Below, one piece after another: positions 14,151-27,537 of a stretch of 55,615 nt of DNA. The stretch spans positions 1-55,615 of the forward strand of contig JYFJ02002524.1 of assembly GCA_000934665.2 (NCBI GenBank), written 5' to 3'. A program made the translations under genes and the position numbers. This stretch comes from Catajapyx aquilonaris. Lineage: Eukaryota. Under the pieces are notes generated by a model that made no database searches, was not told where the DNA came from, and saw nothing but the letters and a program-made list of their open reading frames with translations. The first letter of the stretch is position 1; every line of letters starts with the position of its first letter.

Positions 14151-14813
14151 TAAGCTTGGCTCTTAATTGGCGTATGACTCCAAAGTAACCAATAGCAGTA
14201 GGCTACTACTCGACCAAATCTTCGCTTTCTTCCTGCGAGTTGACTAAAAATTTCTCCCCTTATTTCTCATCCCCGATAATATATGAAACCCTTGGCGAAA
14301 ATGAAGTCCAAAATGTCACTCGCTCCGAGCCGGTTCCATTACTCAAGCCCCGGATCGTCCCCGTCAAATCAAGTGCTCGCCCCCAATTACTCTTATTTCC
14401 AACCCCCTCCTACTAAGAAGGCACGCGGAGCCCAAAATTCCTCTCGGAGTCTTGAGGTGGCTGACAAAATTCCTGGACACGCTTCTTCTTCTTCCTATCT
14501 TTCTTTTTTTTATACTTGACTCGCTTTTAATGCGACACCTAGCGGCAAGAGTGACACCTTCATGACGGTGGTTCAAGGCTGAGAAATATATTGCATTCCT
14601 TTCCCATGCAGATGCGGGACCCAATGGCAGCTTAAGATCCAAGATGCCACGGATATCGCTTCTTGCTCGCTGTTTTTTTTTCGTAGCTGCGAATCTATTC
14701 GGCGAGAACGTTTTGCGCTTAGGTGGCTGCTGGTGAGAACTGATTTCATAATGGGCAACTATTTCGGCAGAAATAATGAAGAGAAACGCAGAAAGCAGCA
14801 GGCTCCTAGGCCT

Positions 14814-14959
14814 ATTTTTGGCCGCCATCTTGAACATCGAAATCTCGATATTGACGATGGAAATATATTAACGTGTTCTATTATAATAGAACACATCGAT
14901 ATATTTTCATCGTCAATATCGAGATTTCGATTTCAATGTTCAAGATGGCGGCCAAAAAT
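14814..14959. repeat. About 145-bp imperfect palindrome at the start of the ATCGAT-rich array
   Basis: atttttggccgccatcttgaacat..cgaaatctcgatattgacgatg..gtgttctattataatagaacac..catcgtcaatatcgagatttcg..atgttcaagatggcggccaaaaat. Confidence 0.85.
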
Positions 14960-15950
14960 TATTGATGTAAAGATGACGTTGAAAATCTATATGGTCTAGA
15001 TATCGCTATGTTCTAATGCGGCTATCAGAATGACATTGGAAATCGACTGGCCTAAGCATCGATATTATGCTAAAATATCGATCTGTTCTACCTTCTACGT
15101 GCATAGGAAATTGACAAATCGAAAATCAATATGGTCTAGATATCGAAATCACGTCTATCGATGTTCTAATGTCGCTTTCAGGTTTACATCGGAAATCGAT
15201 ATGATCTATAATCGATGATGTGCTGAAATATCGATTTTTATTTAAATATCAAGTCGACAGAAACAATCGACATGGTCTAAATATCGATATCATGCTGGCA
15301 TAATTATGGATGTGTTCTATATCCACATCAGGTTGATATATCGAAAATGTGGTTTAGATATCGATATTTTGCTGACACCAATGTGTTATACGTATATCGA
15401 TTAGGAAATCGGTTTCGTCTAGATATCGATAGCACGTTGAAATATCGATGTTATATGTCGATATCAAGTTGATATCGGAAATCGATGTGGTTGAGATATC
15501 GATATTTTGCTGACATCGATGTGTTCTACGTATAAATCGATGTCATCGGAAATCGATATGGTATAGATATCGATAGTACGGTGAAATGTCGATGTCATCG
15601 GAACTCAATATGGTCTCGATATCGATAGTACGTTGAAATATCGATGTTCTATGTCGATATCAAGTTGACATCGGATATCGATGTGGTCTAGGTATCGATA
15701 TCAGATTGGCATATCAATAAATTGATGTGGCTCAGATATCGATATTGGTTTATCATATGAAAAATCGTTGTAACCTAAATATCGATCTAAAATTGAAAAA
15801 TCGGAAGTCCCTGTGATCTAGATATCGATAATACTTCGATATATCACAAATCGATGTGGTATGTGTCGATATTAGGTCGATATACCGTATCAAAATGTGT
15901 TTTCTTAAAAAAATCTCGATATTTGCTAGGCCTATCGTATGAAACGAAAA
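14960..15950. repeat. Degenerate ATCGAT/GATATC-rich array
   Basis: Dozens of atcgat and tagatatcgata words. Confidence 0.85.
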
Positions 15951-16189
15951 GTCCGGAACCCGACTCCCTGATTGGCAAATCAATCTCTGATCCCGATTCA
16001 CTTTGAGCATCATTCATTGGAATTTACAGTCAATTATTGGTCGAACTGTGACGCCATCAAGCGGCCAATTATTACAATCCGAGCACACACTGTGGCCAGC
16101 ATCATCGCAGTTTACCTTCAATAATTGAGAGCCTATTCCCAACCCTCACCGCGGATCAGCTTGGCCTGTTGGGTGTGCACAGGATTCAG

Positions 16190-16560
16190 AAAGAGTTGCC
16201 CGGATTTGTCGGATTTGTCTGAGACTGATCCGAATTTTAACCGGGACATGACCCGGATTTGTCTGATTTGTATGAGCATGATCCGGATTTGTCTAATAAT
16301 TTATGTGAGCCTGATGGTCCGGATTTAATTTACACTTAACCCGGATTTGTCTGATTTGTGTTAGCATTTTTCCGGATTTAATTATTGAGACTGGATCCGA
16401 ATATTTCTGATTCGTGTGAACTTGATCCGGTTTTAATAGGGACTTGACCCGGATTTTTTTCAAGTAGCTCACTAGTTGGCCGAAAATAGTTTCACCGGAT
16501 TTCAAACCCGGATTTTCCCAAAATTCCAGAATCCAAAAGCCCAACTGGATCCAGTCCAGT
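16190..16560. repeat. Degenerate ccggatttgtctga array
   Basis: ccggattt recurs about every 30 bp. Confidence 0.75.
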
Positions 16561-17329
16561 TCCCACTGTCACACGCCATAGTCGGTCATCATAAAGCGTT
16601 TTAATAATCCGGGACAAAACCCACCCGCTCTAAAAGTGACATGTGGCCTCAGGGGAACACCAGGCCTGGCCCCGGATTCCTGATTACACCTGAAACACCT
16701 TCCATGTTCATCATCAAACAAATCAATCCCGGAGGTGACCTTCCGGATTCGCATGTCAAGCCCCGGACACTTGAACCGGAATGAACTCCACGTCACCTCC
16801 ATTAGAAGGGCCCCGGAACCAAAAAATCCGGGAGCTAAAAAGGTCTGTTTGTGTCCGCACATTTTCATAAAGAAATGCCACCAGAGGGCTTTTCTTTTGA
16901 CTGGTGTAATTACAAGACCCGGATTTTTTTTAGGAGAGTGTAACCCTCTTACCCGGATAATTTGGTCACTTTTTTCCGGGGGTGGTGTTAGGAACCACAG
17001 TCGGAAATGAGGTTTTTTTTACTGAGTGTCCGACCGGGAAGAGCTTGAGTTAACTGAGTTTTCAAAATTGGGGGAACTGGGGCCCCGGAAAATGAGATTT
17101 GCAAAGTTGTCGTGGCACTTCAGGAGTCGGAAAGGGTCACGCCAGGCTTCCTGATTGGTTTACGACCAGTGTAGTGTGGACCAAAAATGGCGGCAGTTGA
17201 CCCAAAGAGTATGAGGTTTAAAGTGGTTCATGATTGAGACACTGCAATGGCTTGTCAGAGAAAACGTCCAATATAGCTTTTGACATTTTGTGCGAAATGA
17301 AATATACATTTTGCAAAATATTTAGTCAA

Positions 17330-18430
17330 AATACATTTTGTCCGATGGAATTCTGGTCCGAAAAAAAATTCGCCTCACAGAATTCTACTCGAAATAAATT
17401 TCGTCCAATTGAATTTTTCCCAAATCAATTTCGTCCGCTGGAATTCATGTCAGAAATTTTGTCAATTAAAAAAAATGTCCCACGGAATTCTACTTGAGAT
17501 AATTATATTTTGCCCAATGGAATTGTTGTCCCAATATGTGTTTGTTCTACTGAATTCGTGTCCACAAATTTTTCCGAATTCCAAATAAAGTTCTTATGAC
17601 GGAATTCCAGTTGACATATTTTTTGGCCTATAGAATTCCGGGTCAAATAAATTTCGTCCGACGGAATTCTTGTCCAAATTTTTTGTTGGATTGAATTAGT
17701 GTCCAAAAGTTTCTACGAATTCCGAAGAAAATTTCATTGTCCCACGGAATTCTAGTTGAGATGTTCTGTGTTTTGTCCGATGGAATTCTTGTCCCAATAT
17801 GTACTTGTCCGACGGAATTCTTGTCCCAATATGTACTTGTCCGACGGAATTCTTGTCCCAATATGTACTTGTCCGACGGAATTCTTGTCCCAACATGTAC
17901 TTGTCCGACGGAATTCTTGCCCCAATATTCTTTCGTGCCAACAAATATTTCAGGATTCCATATGAAATTCTTATGACGGAATTCCCGTTGAAATTATTTT
18001 GTCCGATAGAATTCCTGCTCAAATAAATTCCGCCCATCGGAATTCTTGCCCAAATTTTTTGTTGGCATGAATTAGTATCCAAAAATTCACGGAACCCAAG
18101 TAAAATTCGTCCGATGGGATTTTTGCCCAATCAAATTTTGTCCGGCTGAATCGGCATCCAAAATTCTTACGAATTCCACATAAAATCTGTGCGACGGAAT
18201 AATTCTAGATGAAATATGTTTTGTCCCAGAGAATTTTGGTCCAAATAAGTTTTGTCTAAACTCTAAAGGAATTCTTGTCCAGATTTTATCATCGACTGAA
18301 TTTGTGTCCAAAAATTCTTTAGAATTCCTAATTTAATTCGTCAGAAGTAATTCTAATTGAAATCGGAATACTAATTCAAATAAAGTTCGCTACGATACGA
18401 TACGATACGATACAAAACGGAATTTTCATC
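17330..18430. repeat. GGAATTC-rich array with a near-perfect 32-bp core (gtccgacggaattcttgtcccaatatgtactt) at about 17775-17930
   Basis: Four to five near-identical 32-bp copies inside about 1.1 kb of degenerate copies; (gatac)n near 18395. Confidence 0.9.
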
Positions 18431-19384
18431 CAGACAGCACTTGCTCCAAAACAAATATTTGATGTCAATATCCGTTTTGCAAGCAGCGGAAGCGACAGTA
18501 GCTGTATGGCATGAAATCGCTCTGTTTGGCATGAAATCGCTCGCTCAAGCCACACTTTTGTAAAGTGTAAGCGACTGGCAGGAAGTCGCTCGTTGTGAAC
18601 GCTTTCTCTCTCGAATTGCTAGGTCTTCATAGAGCATCGCCAGGACTAGAGTGGTTCTAATTTATCCTTGGAGCGTGGATCGACGTCTTAAAGGGCGGGA
18701 TGTAAGGAGGATCCGGCGCGACGGGCCGCCGATTCCGGAAAATCCGTCTCTCCATTCAGGGGTCTTCCTTCCCCCCCCCCCCCCNCCCCCCCCCATCCCC
18801 ACTCCCTGTTTCCCCCCATCCTTTCCAACTCCCTGGGTGATTGCGTCCGGGGGAGGATCAAGCCAGAGGCATCACCTTTACGACCAATAAACGAAGAGAA
18901 GGGATGCCTTGGGAAGGGGGGTAATGGAAATAGGGAAGCAGGCCCAGGGAGCGGGGCGAAGAAAATAAAACGTCCGCTTGGAGGCGCGCTCGGCCACGCA
19001 CACACAGGGAGTAGGCATCAACTCTTCCAATCTTTCCGCCAACCTAACCCCCCGGCTAAGAAACTGCCAATTGCTATGCCTCGGATTTTTCTTCCGGGGT
19101 TATCTTTCGACGCCAGGGATGCCTTAGCTTAGACGCACAAAATGCTACTGGTGGATTTTTGGCATTGGCTGTAGCTAGACTCAACCATAGCTCTCTGCCA
19201 TGGCGGGAAATTTAATAACTGGTGGTTCATCATTGCTCTTCACATATATTACTCCAGATCATGAAACCGGTCTTTACAGAGTTCGAGACGTAGTGGCGAT
19301 AAAATGTGTGGCTTCATATGTGGCCGCCCAACAGCTAAATAAATAACTAAACTGAATAAATAAATAAATAAATAACCAAATAAT

Positions 19385-19720
19385 GGGGAGGCGAAGTGGT
19401 GCTGCGGTAACGTAGGCGCCCGCGGATGTTAAGGTCCCGGGTTCGATCCCAACCCGGGGTTCCCCCCTTCATCTCGCGCAGAGTGAGACCGTCTCTGGCT
19501 TCGTTTCGGGTGGCGATCCTTTCACATATGCCACCCGGGGGAGTTCACAAAACGGCACATCAACGACATTGCACACGCACTCTGCACATCCCCTCCTACC
19601 TACCCTTGGAACACACTAAATACTATCTTAGTATACCGGTTCCACCCAAATGGTGGTATTCCACCCCCCCTAAAGGAAATGTAACTCCCAATGGGGTAAT
19701 GCAAAAAAATAATAAATAAT
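19385..19720 (+). mobile_element. tRNA-derived SINE
   Basis: Pol III A-box-like TGGTGCTGCGGT and B-box GGTTCGATCCC at tRNA spacing, a non-tRNA body, a 3' stem-loop (cccaatggg) and an A-rich tail; it interrupts a 35-bp array. Confidence 0.75.
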
Positions 19721-20240
19721 AATTAACTAACTAAATGAATAGTTAATAACCAAATAACTAACTAACTAAATGAATAGTTAATAACCAAATAACTAACTAA
19801 CTAAATGAATAGTTAATAACCAAATAATTAACTAACTATTAAAATAGTTAATAACCAAATAATTAACTAACTAAATAAATAGTTAATAACCAAATAATTA
19901 ACTAACTAAATAAATAGTTAATAACCAAATAATTAACTAACTAAATAAATAGTTAATAACCAAATAATTGACTAACTAAATAAATAGTTAATAACCAAAT
20001 AATTAACTAACTAAATAAATAGTTAATAACCAAATAAATAAGTGAATAACCAAATAATTTGGTCATTTATTTCATTATTCATAGTTAATAGTAAGTCATT
20101 GATTGGGTTATTGTGATATTTATTTAGATAGTTAGATATTTATTTAGTTGGTTAATTATTAACTAGCTAAATAAATATCTCAATAACCCAATCAGTAACT
20201 TACTAACTTATTAACTCTATAAATAGCCTAATAAATAAAT
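19721..20240. repeat. 35-bp minisatellite aattaactaactaaataaatagttaataaccaaat
   Basis: About 9 copies, followed by an inverted degenerate segment at about 20060-20160. Confidence 0.9.
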
Positions 20241-20879
20241 TTACATAGAAATATTGAAATGAACGTCACGACATAGTGTACCGTACCGTTCCGTGTTCAC
20301 CTGTTTCAGGCTTCAATATTTCCAACCCTTAAATCACATGCAAACGCATTCCGGTAGGGCAGCCAACCAAACAGTATTAAATAACTTTGTGGACAGTTTC
20401 ACCTAGAATGGTTGGGTTTTGCCCTTAATGAACGCTGCCCAACAAAATGAAAAGAACTTCCCCGGACCCCCTCCCCCCCCCCCCCCCCCCCCCCNTCCGA
20501 TTCGCCAAAAAAATGCGATTGTTGCAACACAAACATTCCAAATCAAGGGGATGGAGGGTGGAGGGGGAGAGTCCGAATTTCGCAACAAAGCATGCAATCC
20601 GGCTTGGAGAGGCGGGTATAGGGGGTGGGGGAAAGTAACCAATTACAGAGGGGAGGGGGGGGGGCAGCCTCTTGAAGGAGCAGGGAAATGACGCATGTCT
20701 ATCACGTCCTTCCGGGTTCAAATGCCCCCTTGATTGGACGTCCTTCTCTTCTCCAACCTTCGTTACAAGTGTTTTCACCTCCGGGAGCCGTGTCCATTGT
20801 TGGGTCGGCAACGAAGAAGTTGAATATCCGAAGATGCCAACGAAGTTATCCGTCCCCTCTAGATATATACGAAAGAGGA

Positions 20880-21960
20880 ATGCTCAATGCCTACTACCTG
20901 TTTCCATCCCTTTTTAGGATCGTAACTTTTACACCCGTTTTTTTTCCAAGCAGTAATATTCTGGTGTTGGTTGGCTCAATATCAGCCTGCTGTATACGAA
21001 GCGGGAATGAGCAATGTCTACTACCCTGTTTAGCTAAAAATATATTGTCGTGTCTTTCACACTCACAAGTCAACCGAAATCCCGGCGAAAAACTCAGATT
21101 TTGCGAGTTACCCCTACGAGTTCACGCCTACTGCATGTTTCCAACATTGTGGTCGTATCCGTATCGTCCGCCAGGATCGCCACAGACTTGGGAACTACAC
21201 CTGCGCCGAAGCGGCAATCCCGCTCCCTGCTGGTAGCAGAAACTAAGTTCACGGAGCACGGAGGTCTCCATAAAGCTGGAGTAGGAGTTGCAGGGAGCTG
21301 GTCTCTCGGAAATGACCAAGGACTACTACCTCTTTCGCTAAAGAAATAATTGCAGTGTCTATTATACACTAACTGTCAGTTGCTTCAAGATAATAAGCAA
21401 GACTGATAAATTGTGGACTACCCATAGATGGCCCTCCTACTACCTGTCTCATGCATTTTTGGTCGTATCTCTTACTTTCGACGTATCTTTGACGTATCTT
21501 GGACGCATATTTTACACTCATTGTAGTTGCTCCAACAGAAATTAAAGAGAAAATCTACGATTTTGTTGGTGTATCATAACAGTTCATTCATACTACCTGT
21601 TACCGCCATTTTGCGTCAATCTCTTTCTTTCGTGAAATGACTATGGCCTACTACCTGTTTGACAAATGTTTTTGTCTCATTTCATGCTCTCGTTTTACTA
21701 TAGCTTCAACATAAATTAAGGCAAGAACACTACGATATTGTTGGTTTTTCTAGATGATTCCTACTACCTGTTTCTGGCGCACAACGTCCATCTTTTATTG
21801 CCGGAAATTCTCAATGCCTACTACTTGTTTTCCGCTAATTTTTGTCGCATTTTAAGGCCCCAATTAGTCGCTTCAACACTACACAGAAACAATCAAGATT
21901 TCTGCTGGTGGATTTTACAGGCCATGCCTATACTACTTTTGTCCGCCATTTTGTGTCATT
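20880..21960. repeat. Highly degenerate array marked by ctactacctgttt
   Basis: tactacctg recurs about 10 times at irregular spacing. Confidence 0.6.
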
Positions 21961-22468
21961 GTTTTTTTTTTCTTGTAAAAATCACATATCAGACTCCTTT
22001 TGGACTGAAGGAAAAGGCAAATTCACTTAGAAGGGAGTGAGTTTGCATCCGATTGGATGCGTTTTCCACCAGAGTAAAAGAGAGAGAGAGAGAGAGAAAA
22101 CGAAGTTGTAAAGTTACTCCAGAAGAGTAATGTGTCCTGTCGTATGTCTGTGATTTGCTGATCCTCCGGTAATGAATTTACTTGGCGGGGTTTGGAGAGA
22201 AAGGAAGAAAAGTCCTATAACACGACACAAAGTTTTCCAGGTAGAACAAACAATCAGGCATACCAACACATCTTAGTACTTTTGTTGACTCCAGCTCATC
22301 CACTCGGTGAAGATGGACGAATAGAATCATTAATCGTCCAGGTGTGAGATAACTGAATGGAACTGATCAGGCCAGTTCGGATTAGTTCGGAAAGAATCGG
22401 AACGGAACTAACGGAACGGTCTGACCACGTTCCCTTTTTGTCCTCTTTGGACTTGTTTAGATCCATAT

Positions 22469-22835
22469 CAGGGAGCATATACTACATAAGAGGCGCAAAC
22501 TTCTGTCGGTGCCTTTGATGTTCGCGTCTCTCTGTTTGGGGCCGTTGCCAAGGCTAGCGGCCATTTTGAAGTGTGGGTAACGCCAACGAGGTATAGATAG
22601 GGTACAAGCAAAAATAGGGTCCGCCATCTTTGATGGTTGTGGCGGCCATGGCAACTACACGGCAAGAAATGCAAGAACACGCGCGAATCAAAGATGGCGG
22701 ACCCTATTTTTGTACCCTATTTATACCTCGTTGGCGTTACCCACACTTCAAAATGGCCGCCACCCTTGGCAACGCCCCAAACAGAGAGACGCGGAAATCG
22801 AATGTTTGCGCCTCTTATGTAGTATATGCTCCCTG
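22469..22835. mobile_element. MITE with long TIRs and a 7-bp TSD (P-superfamily-like termini)
   Basis: cagggagcatatactacataagaggcgcaaac ... gtttgcgcctcttatgtagtatatgctccctg; imperfect inverted arms of about 160 bp; tccatat on both flanks; CANRG terminus. Confidence 0.85.
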
Positions 22836-24469
22836 TCCATATGCAGACCAGGCACAGATTGGAACGGACCGGCATGTTCCGGTCAACTATGGTTTAGAAC
22901 CTGGTCCTGAAAGTCTAGGATCTAAAATTTAATAAACTGAGTGTCGAGGCTGGGGGGGTTTCTATTCACAATATTGATGTAGGGGGCATTAATCGTGTGT
23001 GCTTATCAACCTTCCCCCGTCCACTTTTCCAATAAGCCCAGGAAATGGCACAGGGTGAGTCAAAACCACTCATCACCAGCCAATGGACTAGTTGCAAAAA
23101 AAAAGTTGAAAATGTAGGGGTAAGAAATGTCCATTAAAAACTTAGACATAATATTTCGAGCTATTATTTCATCGAATCACCATAAGAGCGAAAATTTCGT
23201 TAGCAAAACTAATATTCAGGATTGTCTAGTTTCATCAGGCAATTTTCGGAATTAAGCTGCTTATTTTTAAATAGCTACTTTTAACGCTTATAGTATAGTC
23301 TGCTATCGGTAACATTAGGTTGGGCAGACCCTTCAATATAATGCTTAAAAATAGGTTTTGATGACAATTGTTGAATCAACTTAATATTAGCGTCTGAGTT
23401 GATAACTATTAAAAGTAGCTGCTTAAAAATAAGCAGCTTAGAGCCAAAAATGACAAAAATTGGACGATTCAATTCAATGACTCTGAATGGCAGTCGACCG
23501 TCCAAAGTGACGAATGTTGACTCTAGAGGTGGATTTTTTACGAGCACAACCGAGTGCGCACCCACATTCGTGCATGTCTATTGTTCCGACTACAACGTTG
23601 CCACAGTTGCTTCTCAGGGGCCTCTAATGGTTTTGGCAACATCGCGGTCCCTCTCAAGCTTATGGTTGGAAACAATTTGCGCGAACTGTGTTGCTCACTC
23701 GGTTGCGCTCATAAAAAATTCATCTATAGCAACCAGTTGCTTCTGGTTATAAACACCTTTTGAGATTGAGATATCTATACGTACAAAGCGAATTTTCTGA
23801 GCGAATGGTCCACCCTGTAGCTCTGCTTCTCCCTCCTTCCCTCCCCGCAACTCCCTACCTCCCCCTTCTGCTATATCCAGCTTATTTCGCACCTCGTGGA
23901 GGGAACATCAATCAAGGGGGCCTCGAAATGACCTGGAAGACGACAGCCCCTCGGACTGTGACCTTTTTCCCCGGAGAGAGACGCGGTGGAGAGAGGAGGA
24001 GGTTGGGAGGGAGAGGCCAACTCCCTGTATAGCCCCCCCTCAAAAATCTTTCAATAAGCGAAGGCTGCTTCCTTGTAACGAAATTTCATGACCAGAATCT
24101 TCGAGCACACTTTCTTTTTGATATTGTTTCCTATGGGAGGAGGAAGAGGAGGAGAAGAAGAGATGGGTTATCAGTATGCGTCACAGCTTCTGGTGAGTCA
24201 CATTGGTGTGTGTAAGGTGCTCAAGAATTCTGAGTGGTGTGTTGTTTAATACCCGTTTGAGTGCCTATTCAATCTCGCTTCACTACCACATGCCAAGATG
24301 GAAAACGGGTAGTGAAAGAGGTACAAAACAACATGTATTTTTGAGATCCCAATGGGCATTTCCCACTATCGTGAAAACGAAGTTAATTAATTATTAATTA
24401 ATTATATTAATTAATTTATTTTCATGCTAGAACTTTTATTAATTAATATAATTATTTTAATTATTAATG

Positions 24470-24556
24470 GTTATACGAGACGGATAGGTATACGCGCCAG
24501 TCGTCGCTGGCCACCCCATTGTTGGGATTATGCCGCGATGCAATGAATGAATGAAT
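24470..24556 (+). mobile_element. 3' tail fragment of the same retroposon family, with a (TGAA)n tail
   Basis: gttatacgag..cgctggccacccc..tgggattatgccgcgatgcaatgaatgaatgaat aligns with positions 1-80; GC-rich insert inside an AT-rich array. Confidence 0.55.
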
Positions 24557-24589
24557 TTGACTTATTAATTTTTAATTTATTTTGTTTAA

Positions 24590-24800
24590 CAAATTATTAG
24601 TTTTTAAATATCATTTATTTTATTTAAAAAATTATTCGTTTTTAAATATCATTTATTTTATTTAAAAAATTATTCGTTTTTAAATATCATTTATTTTATT
24701 TAAAAAATTATTCGTTTCAAAATATCATTTATTTTATTTAAAAAATTCGCTTCAAAATATTATTTATTTTATTTAAAAATTTAATTCGTTTTTAAATTTC
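24590..24800. repeat. 38-bp AT-rich minisatellite within the AT-rich block 24380-25080
   Basis: attattcgtttttaaatatcatttattttatttaaaaa, about 5 copies. Confidence 0.85.
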
Positions 24801-26134
24801 ACAATTCCCAAACTGTTCCATTTTATTTTTCAAATTTTACTTTCATTATCAATTAATTAATTACTTTCCTTGTCCTTTATTCATTTTCATTGCATTCATT
24901 TTTATTTATTTTCACTTATCATTGTAATATTTTATTTATTTTATTTCAACTGAATTACTTCCTTTTAATCGAAATGGATTTACTATTTATTGATTACATA
25001 ATTAATTAATCCATTTAGGCATTATTAGTCACTCATTTGCGTATTTATTATATTAATCTCCTTTTGAGGCAAATAAAATTATTTTGACCCTTAGTGGTGT
25101 GGGGGGCAACTGACCCCCTCACCCTAAGGCCTCATTTCTGAATATATTAAAAAGGCATTGAAAACATCCCACCTTTCCTAGGATTTTTTCTAATTGCCAA
25201 TCAAATATTTCTGCAACCATAGTATTTTTTTGTTTAGTTTAATCCCTGTTAGTAAAATTGTAATAATTAGCTAATTAGATTACATAAATATTTATGTGGC
25301 CATTACTGTTTTTATTCCCAATATGAATGCAGAAGAATGGGTAGGAAACTGGCTGTTAGACGTACTAAATACTGTATTTAACATTAACAGCCCAAACACT
25401 ACATTTAAACCAGTTATAATTCATCATTAAGCTCATCAAGCATTTGCGGGTTTTTTTTCCAAAACATTTTTTGATAAATCTGGTCGGATCAAGACAGAAG
25501 TCATTAACATGTCAGGGATTTGAATGGGCCCCCCTGAATCGATGGGAAATCCCCGGCGACCTGTCAACTAAGGACAGGATTGGTTGAATGAAAAGGGAGG
25601 GTGAGAGGGGTGTAGGAGAGGGACGAATCAAATCCTGGTTCTCTCCGCAAACACTTCACCTCCTTTCCATTAGCTCTCAATTAAGCCCTGTACACAGATC
25701 AGGTTTCGCCCCAGATTTATCAAAGCTTTCACAACAGTCCAAAAAGATAGACTATGTGGGGGGGAAGGAGGATCGATACTCCTATTACTACCACCACCTT
25801 TTTTTTGATTCGGAAATCAGGGTGGCTACACCACTGTTTCCTTTTTTTGTGTGTATCTGGCCCCACTGAGTTCCCTACTCACAATTTTTCTTTTGACTAT
25901 TCGCCCTCTAACGGGGAGGAAAGGAAAATAATGGGTGATGGGGGAGAAAAGCCAGGCACAAAACAACATTCTCTTACAAATCCTATCAAAAGGTACTTTT
26001 TTTGTGCCTTGCTTTTGTGTGCTTTCTTTTTTAAATCTTGTGTAACAAACTGGGACTTATGACTCTCTTTTATTGGGAAGGGGGAGTCTGGACCTGAAAG
26101 CTGACCAGTGTTGTGGTTACGGTACGAAGGGTAC

Positions 26135-26770
26135 ATTTTTGAGTTAAAAATTTCGAGCTGAACTTTTGACTTTCATTTTTTTGAGTTAATTTTCGACTTC
26201 AACATTTGACTTAATATTTGAATTCAAGTTATGAGCTGTAAGATTTTTGAGCTAACCTGAGTTAAATTTGTCAGTTAAATTTTTGATTGAAAATATTGAG
26301 TTTACACTTGAGTTCATATTTTGTGTTCAACTTTTGAGCTACAATAATTATTATGAGTTATCATTTTGAGCTAAAACTTAACAAAAAGAGTGAAACTTGT
26401 CAGTATTTGAGTGAAAACTTTTAGTTTATACATTGTGTGTTCAAATTTTGAGCGCCACTTTTGAGATATAATTATGAGTTAAGATTTTGTGCTAAAACTC
26501 AGTTAACATTTTGTGTTAAAACTCAGTTAAATTTTTGTGAAATTTGCCCTTGAGTTCAGCCATTGAGTGTGAGATAAGTTTTGAGTTAAAAATTTTATGA
26601 TTACATCGAAGTTTAAATTATGAGTTCAATTATTTTTGAGCTTAATTTCTTAGCTAAAATTTGAGTTAAATTATCTAGCTAAAATGCTTAAGTTGAAATT
26701 TTGAGTCAGAATTGAGTTCATATTTTGAGCTGCATTTGGAGTTGAAATATTGAGTTGTAAAATAGAGTAA
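26135..26770. repeat. Degenerate tttgagttaa array
   Basis: tgagtt/tgagct recurs about every 15-20 bp. Confidence 0.75.
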
Positions 26771-27380
26771 CTTGATACCTCCAGACAAGTAAAAGGCACT
26801 TTGGTCTAGAGGGCATTAGTAGTCTTCTGGTTGATCCCCCCTTCCAGTCCTTGGTTCCCCCTTTTCCTTCCAGGCAAGTAGATAGAAATTGGACCCGTTT
26901 TTCTCCCTCCTTTTTTTGGAGGGAGTGGGTGGGCTAAGAGCAGAAGGGGACATGGAGTAAGGTCCTTTCTGTTTGTGTGACACAGTCGATGAAGCGGTGG
27001 CTAATTTCCAGCCGCAAAGTCCAGGGAGAAATTCCCTCAGAAGGCACCCACCCNATTTCTGGCATCGTGCCATTGCGATTTTCTAGTTTATTAGAGCGAG
27101 AGGTTTTGTGTGCCATGTACACCCAGCCATTCCCCATTCCCGTCCCAATCCCTCCCGACCAAAACTCCTATGGCTCCTACCACCCTGTACTCAGAATTAT
27201 GACGACTATTACATCCACACCAAGCTTCTTCCAAGAATCTGGCTCAACAATCGCGATAAATATGGGAGACAACTGGTGGGTACAACTGGGGGTTTGGAAC
27301 TTGGGAACTTCACAGGTGGAATAGCTGGAGAGATCAGGCGGAAATGGACGAAAAGCCAGGTGTAGTCCAAGGATAGTGTA

Positions 27381-27536
27381 GGTGTAGTGAAGGTGTAGTG
27401 AAGGTGTAGTGAAGGTGTAGTGAAGGTGTAGTGAAGGTGTAGTGAAGGTGTAGTGAAGGTGTAGTGAAGGTGTAGTGAAGGTGTAGTGAAGGTGTAGTGA
27501 AGGTGTAGTGAAGGTGTAGTGAAGGTGTAGTCTATG
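27381..27536. repeat. Perfect 11-bp tandem repeat ggtgtagtgaa
   Basis: About 13.5 identical copies, ending in gtagtctatg. Confidence 0.95.
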
Positions 27537-27537
27537 T

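Noticed and set aside
17775..17930. Arrays with CRISPR-like unit length (also 28620, 30930, 45051)
   Set aside because: Head-to-tail repeats without unique spacers, no cas genes, and eukaryotic context.
19385..19460. tRNA gene
   Set aside because: A and B boxes are present, but I could not fold a convincing cloverleaf or acceptor stem, and the sequence continues into a SINE body and tail.
20688..21236. 182-aa ORF (likewise 8271-8747, 14364-14837, 43825-44370)
   Set aside because: No recognisable domain; low-complexity or repeat-derived sequence, and some lack an ATG start.
22457..22932. Similar ORFs on opposite strands (IPRWRYPHFKMAA)
   Set aside because: Mirror translations of the MITE inverted arms.
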